From NCBI GenBank assembly GCA_965140585.1, contig OZ223265.1, forward strand, positions 96,001 to 160,000: a DNA stretch of 64,000 bases, given 5' to 3'. A program made the translations under genes and the position numbers. The notes under the pieces are model-generated. The model saw only the letters and a list, made by a program, of their open reading frames with translations, made no database searches and was not told where the DNA came from. Shown piece by piece: positions 39,210-48,095 of the stretch (positions are counted from its first letter, which is position 1; every line of letters starts with the position of its first letter). This DNA comes from Spirochaetia bacterium (GTDB lineage Bacteria > Spirochaetota > Spirochaetia > UBA9216).

Positions 39210-39513
39210 TTCTAAGAGGCCAGGCCAGAGTCTTCAGTTCTTTACCGGGTCTGAAAACAGCTACACCATGAGCTTTTACCGGAACAATTTCCCCGGTTTT
39301 AGGGTTTCTGGCCTTCTCACGGCCTTTTCTTGTACGGATTTCAAAAGTACCGAAACCACGAAGTTCGACTATTTTATCCTCTTCAAGAGCATTTTTCAGT
39401 TCATCGAACATGGCATCAATTACCGCATGAACATCCTTACGGTTCAACTCTACCCTTTCATGAATATTTTCGATTATTTCAGCTTTTGTGAGTTTGATTT
39501 GGCTCACAAGCAA
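39202..39513 (-). CDS. HU/IHF family DNA-binding protein (Hbb-like)
   Basis: LTKAEI, VELRGFGTF, ARNPKTGE, FRPGKELK. Confidence 0.95.
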   Translation of the reverse strand: MLVSQIKLTKAEIIENIHERVELNRKDVHAVIDAMFDELKNALEEDKIVELRGFGTFEIRTRKGREKARNPKTGEIVPVKAHGVAVFRPGKELKTLAWPLRNE

Positions 39514-39544
39514 TCCCCTGTTATTAAAATCTTCGTTTTGCGAA

Positions 39545-39814
39545 TTATTCCGCAGCGATTGAATTCAGAAGCTTATGCATTCTGGATTTCTTTCTTGCAA
39601 CCATATTCTTATGGTAAATACCCTTTCCTGCAGCAGTATCCATGAGCTTTGTCATCTCAAGAAATTTTGCTTCTGCTGCCGGTTTATCACCTGATTTTAC
39701 TGCAAGAATGAAGTTTTTTGTAACAGTTCTTACGGTGCTTTTAGCAACCCTGTTTTTCATTCTTCTTTTTTCACTTTGTCTATAGCGTTTTGCCGCTGAA
39801 TCTTTTCCTGGCAA
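39545..39814 (-). CDS. rpsT: 30S ribosomal protein S20
   Basis: SAAKRYRQSEKRR, DTAAGKGIYHKN, ARKKSR. Confidence 0.96.
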   Translation of the reverse strand: MPGKDSAAKRYRQSEKRRMKNRVAKSTVRTVTKNFILAVKSGDKPAAEAKFLEMTKLMDTAAGKGIYHKNMVARKKSRMHKLLNSIAAE

Positions 39815-39932
39815 TTTAATCCTCCGATAATTTCTATATCTAACGGTGTGATAAATTAGCAGATAAATCCTTTATAGTCAAGTATATATCTTTGATTATA
39901 CTAAGCGGATATCTGCTTAAAAACACGATAAT

Positions 39933-39971
39933 AAAATAAAAAGGCTGTCATTCAGTATAATGAAGACAGCC
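39933..39971 (-). terminator. Intrinsic terminator after the small Zn-ribbon ORF
   Basis: GGCTGTC...GACAGCC stem with an A-rich run on its left. Confidence 0.6.
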
Positions 39972-39995
39972 CCGGCTAAATACAGTTAAAAGTGA

Positions 39996-40166
39996 TTATT
40001 TGAAGTCGCTGGGTCTTCTTTCTCTTCTGCTGCATTTTTCACATACTGCGACATTTTTGAGTTTACCATTCTGGAAAACTGCTCTCATCTTAACATCTCC
40101 ACCACATGGACATGTGTGTTTATGTGTACCAGAGCCAACACGCGCATTCTTACTGACCTGTGCCAT
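39996..40166 (-). CDS. Small basic Zn-ribbon protein (56 aa) absent from the ORF track
   Basis: MAQVSKNARVGSGTHKHTCPCGGDVKMRAVFQNGKLKNVAVCEKCSRRERRPSDFK*; TAAGGAG RBS; followed by its own terminator. Confidence 0.8.
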   Translation of the reverse strand: MAQVSKNARVGSGTHKHTCPCGGDVKMRAVFQNGKLKNVAVCEKCSRRERRPSDFK

Positions 40167-40232
40167 TTGATACTCCTTATGTAATTTTATGCCTGTTCCG
40201 AAGCTTTAATCTAACAAAAAACTTTATGAAAG

Positions 40233-41093
40233 TCAATCTTCAAGACTGCCTGTAAATTCCCATGGACCGTTTTCTGCTTTTCTGGCAAATTTATCTGCCG
40301 GAACTTCAGCTTTTCGTCCGTCATCACCATATAATGTTATTTTCATTGACTGAATATTCACTTCTGTCACCTTAAAAACTGTTTTACCAATTATAATTTT
40401 GTTTCCTTCAGATGGAAGCTTTCTTTTTTCTTCTTTATAAAAATCATATTCATATGACAGACAGCATAAAAGCCTTCCGCAAGGGCCGGAGATTTTCATT
40501 GAATTAAGCGAAAGATTCTGCTCTTTAGCCATTTTAATAGATACAGACTGAAGCCTGTCGGTAATATTATGACAGCAGTACTGCCTTCCGCAAACAGCTA
40601 CTCCACCAAGAACCCTGGACTCATCCCTCACACCAATCTGTCGAAGCTCTATCCGCATCTTGAATATTGAAACAAGATCTTTTACAAGCTCTCTAAAATC
40701 AACACGGGCATCAGCTGTAAAAAAGAACAGAATCTTGGATTCCTCAGGAAGATAGTGCGCAGAGACAAGCTTCATATCAAGGCTATGCGCTAAAACCTTT
40801 TCACGGCATATCTTAACAGCCTCTTTTTCCTTGGCCAGATTGGCCTCATACTGTGACATGTCATCTTCAGTAGCTATCCTGATAAAGTTCTGAAATTCAC
40901 CCTCATGCTTCTCTTCGGGTCTGCATTTCAGCTGCCCCATCACTTTGGCAATATCTTTGCCGTAACGGCTGCTAATAACTGAAAAACTACCGTTTTCCAG
41001 TTCCTGCCCCACCTCACAAAGATGAGTCTCGCTTGAATGCAGCATTTTAAATCTATAAATATGTTTAACAGCTGTTGAACTGTTACCTTCCAT
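40233..41093 (-). CDS. ricT: PSP1-domain protein (RicT/YaaT family)
   Basis: RVDFRELVK, RIELRQIGVRDE, CGRQYCC, KMAKEQNL, GPCGRLLCCL. Confidence 0.9.
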   Translation of the reverse strand: MEGNSSTAVKHIYRFKMLHSSETHLCEVGQELENGSFSVISSRYGKDIAKVMGQLKCRPEEKHEGEFQNFIRIATEDDMSQYEANLAKEKEAVKICREKVLAHSLDMKLVSAHYLPEESKILFFFTADARVDFRELVKDLVSIFKMRIELRQIGVRDESRVLGGVAVCGRQYCCHNITDRLQSVSIKMAKEQNLSLNSMKISGPCGRLLCCLSYEYDFYKEEKRKLPSEGNKIIIGKTVFKVTEVNIQSMKITLYGDDGRKAEVPADKFARKAENGPWEFTGSLED

Positions 41094-41106
41094 AATAAAA
41101 GTACTC

Positions 41107-41604
41107 CTATCTGGTCATGTCTATTAACAGACCATTTATCTCTTCAACCTTGGCAAGAAGATCCAGCTGTTTAAGTTGATTCTGAAGTATTCCACTTGCA
41201 AGTTTTTCAAGTTTATCATCAATCACACGAATAAGGGTATACCTTTTCTGCTTATTAGCTGGTTTATATTTACTGAATTTGACACCATCAATTGATTCAA
41301 CAGAAAGTGACTGCTGTGTAATATAATGGATAAAGTTTCTAACTGATTTTTTATAGGCCATAACAGCAGACAATGACATTTCTTCAAGAAGCCGTTCCCC
41401 ATTCTGATGCACATCATCAAGAAGGTCTTCAAGATCTGCATCTTCATCGAATCCCTCAACCCCCTTAACTGCATTTGCAGTTAAAGTTTCAGACTCAACC
41501 AGACTCTTAAAAACAAGGGGAGATTCCTTTCCTTTCTTTACCTTATTATTACCGCTGCCTTTACTTGATAGTGAGCCCCCGGAAGGGAAATCTATCTTTT
41601 CCAT
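41107..41604 (-). CDS. YaaR/DUF327 family protein
   Basis: GERL, YKKSVRNF, IDDKLEKLA, EEINGLLID. Confidence 0.85.
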   Translation of the reverse strand: MEKIDFPSGGSLSSKGSGNNKVKKGKESPLVFKSLVESETLTANAVKGVEGFDEDADLEDLLDDVHQNGERLLEEMSLSAVMAYKKSVRNFIHYITQQSLSVESIDGVKFSKYKPANKQKRYTLIRVIDDKLEKLASGILQNQLKQLDLLAKVEEINGLLIDMTR

Positions 41605-42041
41605 GAAGAAACTGGTTCTAGCCCTTTCAGCTTCTCAGCATAGCTTTTAAAAAACTTGCCTTCATCAGAATTGCCGTCAGCATGGTCAGAGTTGTCGTTT
41701 TGAAGTATCTTGCAGTTACCGTCAAAAATTACCCCGTCTTCAACAATAAAACGAGGCGTTGAGACATTTCCTATAAGCATACCGGTTGAAAGAATAATAA
41801 CCTTTTCTGTTGCAGTTATATTTCCCTTAAGCACGCCGCCTATAACAATAGTACCGGCATCAATGACGGCTTCCGCCCTGCCGGTTTTTCCTATAAGAAC
41901 CTTGCCATCAGTCTTCACAGTGCCTGAAAAATCTCCGTCGACGCGAAGCAGACCGTTCAGAGACAACTCGCCTTTAAAAACGGTACCCTCCCCTATCAGG
42001 GAATTAATGAATGTTCCTTCTTCCGAAAGATAATTACTCAT
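41592..42041 (-). CDS. Bactofilin
   Basis: NSLIGEGTVFKG, LRVDG, GGVLKGNI, EDGVIFDGNC. Confidence 0.9.
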   Translation of the reverse strand: MSNYLSEEGTFINSLIGEGTVFKGELSLNGLLRVDGDFSGTVKTDGKVLIGKTGRAEAVIDAGTIVIGGVLKGNITATEKVIILSTGMLIGNVSTPRFIVEDGVIFDGNCKILQNDNSDHADGNSDEGKFFKSYAEKLKGLEPVSSWKR

Positions 42042-42079
42042 CTTAGAATCCTTAAATGCAAAAAATCCGGAGTCCGGTT

Positions 42080-43093
42080 CTACCTCTTTCTGACGTTAAG
42101 AAATTTTTCAGGGTCAACAACCTGCGAACCTATCCTTACCTCAAAATGCAGATGAGGTCCGGTTGACAATCCTGTGCTTCCCATAGCTCCAATTACCTGG
42201 CCCTGGGTTACAACATCTCCTTCATTGACGTAAACATCATTAAGATGCGCATATTTCGTCAGAAAGCCGTAATTATGTCTGATAACAATGTAGTTTCCGA
42301 ATCCTAGAGGTTCATACTTTTTTTCTACAATCTTGCCGTTTGCCGCAGCAAGAATAGGCTTTCCAAAGCCGTACCCGATATCAATCCCCTTATGCAGGTA
42401 CCATTGATGGGTAAACGGGTGTTCCGCCGGACCAAAATAATTGGTAATTCTGCCGTCTCCACCTTCAACAGGCCAAAGTGTAGGCATTTCAACCAGAAGA
42501 TCACCCTGAGAGATAATTAAATCTGTAATCTTGCTGAATGACTCTACTGAATCCTGAAGATAAGCGGATAGATTTTTCAGTTCACTGATTTCCCTGATAA
42601 CTCCTGCTTCAGTTTCACTGGCAGAAATAAGGGAGGCAAAATCACCGTCGGCAACACTGGCCTTAAGTTCTTTTTCATTATCAATATTTAGAATATCCAT
42701 AGCCTTATCAAGGGCCACTTCAAAACTTCTGGACGATTTTTTAAGATCGGAAACCTGATCCATCAGAAGGTCTAGATTTGATTCCGCAGAATCAAGATCC
42801 TCGGTACGTTCAGCAAGCTGGTGAACTATTCCGGACATTCTGGTAGTGTATACAAAGAAAGAGGAAATTACACCTACAGTTATTACAAAAATGAATACAA
42901 GTGCAAAAACAGAGATTCTGAAATTTACAACCTTCTTCTCCGAATGAGGAATGAGCATGATGGTAATTTTCTGTTTTCCGCCGTTTAGAAAGCTGTGAAC
43001 TGCGGAAGAAATCGTTACTCCGATCTTCCTGAATATACGTCCAGCATTCTCAACGAACCTGTTTTCGAACTTCTTATAGCGCTCAGCTGACAA
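42080..43093 (-). CDS. M23 family metallopeptidase (TM + coiled coil + M23)
   Basis: HKGID, YAHL, GSTGLSTGPHLHFE. Start moved to the TTG at 43093 behind a GAGGAG RBS. Confidence 0.92.
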   Translation of the reverse strand: MSAERYKKFENRFVENAGRIFRKIGVTISSAVHSFLNGGKQKITIMLIPHSEKKVVNFRISVFALVFIFVITVGVISSFFVYTTRMSGIVHQLAERTEDLDSAESNLDLLMDQVSDLKKSSRSFEVALDKAMDILNIDNEKELKASVADGDFASLISASETEAGVIREISELKNLSAYLQDSVESFSKITDLIISQGDLLVEMPTLWPVEGGDGRITNYFGPAEHPFTHQWYLHKGIDIGYGFGKPILAAANGKIVEKKYEPLGFGNYIVIRHNYGFLTKYAHLNDVYVNEGDVVTQGQVIGAMGSTGLSTGPHLHFEVRIGSQVVDPEKFLNVRKR

Positions 43094-43174
43094 AACCGTT
43101 CTCCTCTGGGTATTATATTTTAATTTTCGGATACTAGCAAGATAATAAGTATAAAAACATTTATTAAATAAATG

Positions 43175-43203
43175 TTGACGACGAATGGTGAACGTGGTAG
43201 TTT
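43175..43203 (+). promoter_or_regulatory. Sigma70 promoter of tatD-dusB
   Basis: TTGACG-N17-TAGTTT with an extended -10 TG. Confidence 0.55.
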
Positions 43204-43260
43204 TAACTGTATCAATGTAATTATAGACCAAATAAACCACTTTTTTAAATAGGAAATACT

Positions 43261-44034
43261 ATGAAGCTTTTTGATACTCACGCGCATATAGGGCTTATCA
43301 ATGAAGACCCTATCGAGCAGTTAATTATTTGCCAGGAAGCACGTCAATCAGACGTAAAACATATTGTCAGTATCTGTAACAGCCTTGGAGATTTTGATTA
43401 TGTTTATCCCAATCTTGAGACTGCGACACACATATATCACAGTATAGGTGTATCTCCTTCTGAGGTTCAGAACCCGGGCTCTGACTGGGAAATGAAAATA
43501 ATAGAAGGGACCTCACTTCCAAGAGTTGTCGCTGTAGGTGAGATCGGTCTCGATTATTACCGAAAATTCGGAAACAGGGATTCACAGGTTGAACTTTTTA
43601 TTCGCCAGCTGGAACTTGCGGAAAAACTTGATAAACCGGTAATTATCCATAATAGGGAAGCCGGTGAAGATGTACTGAGTATTCTGAGCGAAAAACTCCC
43701 TTCAAGAGGAGGCATACTCCACTGCTACTCTGAAGACTGGAACTACGCACAGAGAGCCCTCGAACTCAACCTGTACATATCTTTCGCAGGAAATGTAACC
43801 TATAGAAATGCAAGAAATCTACATGATACTGCCAGGAACATGCCTCTCGACCGCATGCTAATAGAATCAGAAAGCCCCTTCATGGTTCCTTCTCTCTATC
43901 GCGGCAAAAGAAATAAACCAGCTTATCTGCATGCTACTGCGGAATTTCTTGCTGATTTACGCGGCATGTCTATAGAAGAATTCAGTGATATCATCTATGA
44001 AAATTCAATGAATTTCTTCGGCATCTCCGACTGA
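43261..44034 (+). CDS. tatD: TatD family hydrolase
   Basis: FDTHAH, VGEIGLDYY, IIHNREA, LHCYS. Confidence 0.92.
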   Translation: MKLFDTHAHIGLINEDPIEQLIICQEARQSDVKHIVSICNSLGDFDYVYPNLETATHIYHSIGVSPSEVQNPGSDWEMKIIEGTSLPRVVAVGEIGLDYYRKFGNRDSQVELFIRQLELAEKLDKPVIIHNREAGEDVLSILSEKLPSRGGILHCYSEDWNYAQRALELNLYISFAGNVTYRNARNLHDTARNMPLDRMLIESESPFMVPSLYRGKRNKPAYLHATAEFLADLRGMSIEEFSDIIYENSMNFFGISD

Positions 44035-44050
44035 GAGAATAACACTTTCG

Positions 44051-45037
44051 ATGAACAGTTTATATCATGAAATAGAATTGCCCGGAATTACGATTCCGGG
44101 CAATATTTTTTTAGCACCCATTGCCGGGTTTTCAGATGCTCCTTTCCGGAGCGTATCAGTCATGCACGGTGCGGATATGTGCTTTACCGAAATGGTTTCC
44201 TGCGATGGAATCATCCGTGACGGTGAGAAAACCATAGCCTTGATGAAACCGGCTGAAAATGAAAAGTTCCTTGCCATCCAGGTTTTTACCTCTGATCCGA
44301 AAATTGCAAAAGAATCAATGAAGACTGTACTTGAATACAACCCGTCTGTAATTGATTTAAACTGCGGCTGCCCGGTACCTAAAGTAATTAAAAACGGTGC
44401 AGGTTCTGCACTTATGAAAGACCCAGTACGTCTCGGCGAAGTTGTAAAGGCTATGAATGAAGGAATTGCAGAGGCAGGTAAAAATATACCGGTTTCAGTA
44501 AAAATCAGGTCCGGATGGGATTCAGGCAGCCTGAATTTTCTTAAAGCCGCGGAAACCGCAGTAGATTCAGGAGCCTCGATGGTAAGCCTTCACCCGAGGA
44601 CCCGGGTTCAGGGCTATTCAGGAAAGGCCGACTGGACACTGATAAAGGAATTAAAAAAAAACATAACTGTTCCGGTAATCGGATCAGGAGATCTTTTCAG
44701 TTCTGAAGATGCATACAATATGATTTCTTCAACCGCCTGCGACGGCGTAATGTTTTCCAGGGGCTCACTCGGTAACCCCTGGATATTCAGCATGACCAGA
44801 GCACTCCTTAAAACGGGGACAGAATCCCCTCCTCCACAGGAAGATGAAAAAATAAATACAGCACTTAGACATCTTGAACTTGCGGTTCAACTTCACGGAG
44901 AACAGCGAGCATGCAGGGAAATGAAAAAACATCTGTGTTCATACACAAAGGGAACCTCCGGAGCTGCTTCACTGCGTAATAAGATTGTTCATGCCTCATC
45001 TTTTGAAGAATACAAATCAATACTGACTTTAAATTGA
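44051..45037 (+). CDS. dusB: tRNA-dihydrouridine synthase
   Basis: LAPIAG, TEMV, IDLNCGCP, GAGSALM, VKIRSGW, HPRT. Confidence 0.92.
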   Translation: MNSLYHEIELPGITIPGNIFLAPIAGFSDAPFRSVSVMHGADMCFTEMVSCDGIIRDGEKTIALMKPAENEKFLAIQVFTSDPKIAKESMKTVLEYNPSVIDLNCGCPVPKVIKNGAGSALMKDPVRLGEVVKAMNEGIAEAGKNIPVSVKIRSGWDSGSLNFLKAAETAVDSGASMVSLHPRTRVQGYSGKADWTLIKELKKNITVPVIGSGDLFSSEDAYNMISSTACDGVMFSRGSLGNPWIFSMTRALLKTGTESPPPQEDEKINTALRHLELAVQLHGEQRACREMKKHLCSYTKGTSGAASLRNKIVHASSFEEYKSILTLN

Positions 45038-45142
45038 TAAATGAATCAGGACTGCGGCTTTAAGATGATAATCATAGATTTAATGTCCTGAATTTTCAGG
45101 CCATAGTCTTTACAAGGTTTTTCAGTTCTGGTAGCTTTCATT

Positions 45143-46522
45143 GTGGACGATAAAACTGACAGCCTTGGCCATTTCTGCGGAGTGGCCGGTTTTTACTCAA
45201 AAAAAGCAGTTAACATTCCGGAAATGCTGTTCTACAGTCTCTTCTCGCTTCAACACAGAGGTCAGGAGAGTACCGGTATTTCATATCGAAAAGACGGTCA
45301 TACAGTCACCTATAAGGATCTTGGGATGGTTTCAACCGTTCTATCAAGATACCTTCAGGTTCAGAAGCTGACCACCGCAGGCATAGGACATGTCCGCTAC
45401 TCAACAAGAGGCGGCAACAGGCTCGAAAATGCCCAGCCCATAAACGTTGAATGCAATAAAGGTGAAATAGCGCTTGCACATAATGGAAATATCTCCAATG
45501 CCGCTGATATTCACAAAGCACTGCGTGCAGAGGGCTCAATATTCCAGACAACCAGTGATACCGAGCTTATCCTGCACCTTACTGCAAGAAGCCGGAAAAC
45601 AAACTTCTATGATGCCCTTGTGGAAACACTCGAACAGCTTGAAGGAGCATACAGCATGGTAATGCTGCATAATGACAGCTTCATAGCCGTGCGTGATCCG
45701 AACGGGTTCAGACCTCTTTATATAGGCGAAAAAGATGGACTGATTGCAGTTGCAAGCGAAACCTGTGCATTGGAAACCCTTAACGTAACCGAATACAGAC
45801 AGGTTGAACCCGGCGAGATGATCATCGCAGATGATTCCGGCGTCAGAAGTATTTTTCTGGGTAAAACAGCTCCGAAAAGTCAGTGCATATTCGAACTTAT
45901 TTATTTTGCACGCCCGGATTCAAAAGTTTTTGATGAATCTGTTCATGGAATGCGAAAGAAAATGGGAGCGGCATTGGCAGAATGCGATCCGGTCAAAGGC
46001 GACATTGTAATACCGGTACCCGATTCAGGAAACAACGCTGCCATTGGCTACGCTAAAGCCTCCGGGATCCCCTTTGATCACGGCCTGACAAGAAACCACT
46101 ATGCAGGACGCTCATTTATTATGCCGACAACCGCCCAGCGTGAGCTTGCAGTAAGGATGAAACTTCATCCGATTCGTGAAACCATTAAAGGAAAGAAAAT
46201 AATTCTCATTGACGATTCACTTGTTCGAGGCACAACCAGCAAGATTCTTGTTCAGCTTCTGAAGGAAGCCGGTGCTGCTGAAGTACACCTTAGACTCTCG
46301 TCACCCGAGCTCAAATGGCCATGCTATTTTGGAATCGATATTCCTACACGTGAAGAACTTATCTCAAACAGCATGACTCCCGAGCAGATAGCAGAGCACA
46401 TTGGTGCTGATTCGGTAATGTTCCTTCCAATTGAAAAACTAAAAGAATGCGTAGGCAGCAGCAGTGATTACTGTTATGCATGCTTCTGCGGAGAATATCC
46501 GGTTCAGATACCGGAAAAATAG
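45143..46522 (+). CDS. purF: Amidophosphoribosyltransferase
   Basis: 11-aa propeptide then CGVAG, LQHRGQE, GHVRYST, AHNGN, PVPDSG, DDSLVRGTT, Fe-S cysteines. Confidence 0.97.
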   Translation: MDDKTDSLGHFCGVAGFYSKKAVNIPEMLFYSLFSLQHRGQESTGISYRKDGHTVTYKDLGMVSTVLSRYLQVQKLTTAGIGHVRYSTRGGNRLENAQPINVECNKGEIALAHNGNISNAADIHKALRAEGSIFQTTSDTELILHLTARSRKTNFYDALVETLEQLEGAYSMVMLHNDSFIAVRDPNGFRPLYIGEKDGLIAVASETCALETLNVTEYRQVEPGEMIIADDSGVRSIFLGKTAPKSQCIFELIYFARPDSKVFDESVHGMRKKMGAALAECDPVKGDIVIPVPDSGNNAAIGYAKASGIPFDHGLTRNHYAGRSFIMPTTAQRELAVRMKLHPIRETIKGKKIILIDDSLVRGTTSKILVQLLKEAGAAEVHLRLSSPELKWPCYFGIDIPTREELISNSMTPEQIAEHIGADSVMFLPIEKLKECVGSSSDYCYACFCGEYPVQIPEK

Positions 46523-46533
46523 GAGATATTAAC

Positions 46534-47496
46534 TTGGGTATCAAATCATATTCTGAAGCCGGCGTAGATATTGAAAAGGGCGACAGGTTCGCCGAATACA
46601 TTTCCGGACTCAAGTCCAGTGCTGTATCCGGAGCAATCGGAGGCTTTGCCGGCGGAATCGAACTTGATATGAGCGGATTTAAGAATCCAGTAATGCTCTC
46701 GTCAACAGACGGCGTAGGCACCAAACTGCTGGTTGCACAGAAACTGAAGAAATTCGATACAATAGGAATCGATCTTACAGCAATGTGCGTGAACGATCTT
46801 GCAGTTTGTGGCGCATGGCCGCTGACCTTTCTGGACTATATAGGCTGCGGAAGCCTTAATGAAGACATTATGAAAGAGGTTATCTCCGGCATCGTTGACG
46901 GCTGCGAGCAGGCTGAATGTATATTAAGCGGCGGCGAAACAGCTGAAATGCCTGACATGTATCAGGGCGATGACTTCGATCTCGCCGGCTTCTGTGTAGG
47001 ACTTGTCGAGAAATCAGAAATGCTTCCCAGAATCAATAAGGTTAAAGCCGGAGACATCATTTACGGACTCCCCTCTTCAGGGATTCATTCAAACGGACTC
47101 TCACTCGCAAGAAAAATAATACCAGATACAGATGAGAAGCTTATGAAACTGCTTCTGGAACCGACGGTTATCTACGTTAAAGCACTCAAGACCATTATTG
47201 GAAGCGGATGCGTTGATGCAGCCGCCCATATTACAGGCGGAGGCTTGACCGGAAACCTGATCAGAGTACTACCTAAAAATGTGAAACCTAAATTCAACTA
47301 CAGCTGGCCGGTTCCGGAAATCTTTGAAGCTATAAGTTCCATCGGAAAGATAGAAGACGCTGAGATGCGGAAAGTTTTCAACATGGGAGTTGGAATTGCA
47401 TTCACTGCAGCTCCGGACTGTGCTGACAAACTGAAAAAAACTGCATCAGAAGCCGGAATTAAGCTTTTGGAAATCGGTAAAATTATAAATGGCTAA
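46534..47496 (+). CDS. purM: AIR synthetase
   Basis: AGVDI, TDGVGTK, AMCVND, GGETAEMP, HSNG, HITGGG, FNMG. TTG start at 46534 behind AGGAG. Confidence 0.96.
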   Translation: MGIKSYSEAGVDIEKGDRFAEYISGLKSSAVSGAIGGFAGGIELDMSGFKNPVMLSSTDGVGTKLLVAQKLKKFDTIGIDLTAMCVNDLAVCGAWPLTFLDYIGCGSLNEDIMKEVISGIVDGCEQAECILSGGETAEMPDMYQGDDFDLAGFCVGLVEKSEMLPRINKVKAGDIIYGLPSSGIHSNGLSLARKIIPDTDEKLMKLLLEPTVIYVKALKTIIGSGCVDAAAHITGGGLTGNLIRVLPKNVKPKFNYSWPVPEIFEAISSIGKIEDAEMRKVFNMGVGIAFTAAPDCADKLKKTASEAGIKLLEIGKIING

Positions 47497-48049
47497 CCTT
47501 GCAATACTTGCCTCGGGAAACGGCTCAAACTTCGAGGCTATAGCTGAATCACTCGCAGACAGCGACCATAAAACTGTCTGCATGATCTGCGACAGAAAGG
47601 ATGCAGGCGTATTCAAAAGAGCCGAAAGGCTTGGTGTAGAGGGAATCTATATTCCTTATTACAGAAGAAATAGAGAAGCAGCTGAAACAGACATGATTAT
47701 GGAGCTTAAAGAGAGAAAAACCGACCTTATAGCTCTGGCAGGTTTTATGAGGCTTCTTACTCCAGTTCTGATTGACAGCTATCCTGGCCGGATTATCAAT
47801 ATCCACCCTTCACTTCTCCCGAAATATCCCGGGACTCATGGCATTCTTGATAGTTTTGAGTCCGGAGACAGTGAACTCGGGATCACAATTCACCGGGTTG
47901 ACTATGGTCTTGACACTGGCCCCGTAATTGTGCAAAAGTCTTTTAATAGAAGCGGAGAGGAATCATTAGATGAGATCGAGTCAAAGATCCACGAACTCGA
48001 ACACCTCTTCTACCCGGCAGTTCTGCGGGAATTGCTGGACTCTGTATAA
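47489..48049 (+). CDS. purN: Phosphoribosylglycinamide formyltransferase
   Basis: ASGNGSN, LAGFMR, NIHPSLLP, DTGP. Confidence 0.96.
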   Translation: MANLAILASGNGSNFEAIAESLADSDHKTVCMICDRKDAGVFKRAERLGVEGIYIPYYRRNREAAETDMIMELKERKTDLIALAGFMRLLTPVLIDSYPGRIINIHPSLLPKYPGTHGILDSFESGDSELGITIHRVDYGLDTGPVIVQKSFNRSGEESLDEIESKIHELEHLFYPAVLRELLDSV

Positions 48050-48095
48050 AACAAAATAACTAAAATCGGATCGATCGCACCACAGGAGGTTTTTT

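Noticed and set aside
39046-39645. 199-aa plus-strand ORF
   Set aside because: Antisense across lnt, HU and rpsT.
43094-43240. N-terminal extension of the M23 ORF given in the track
   Set aside because: It covers the divergent promoter region; the GAGGAG RBS supports the TTG at 43093.
45038-45142. Purine or PRPP riboswitch upstream of purF
   Set aside because: No aptamer consensus, and the likely promoter abuts the start codon, leaving no leader.
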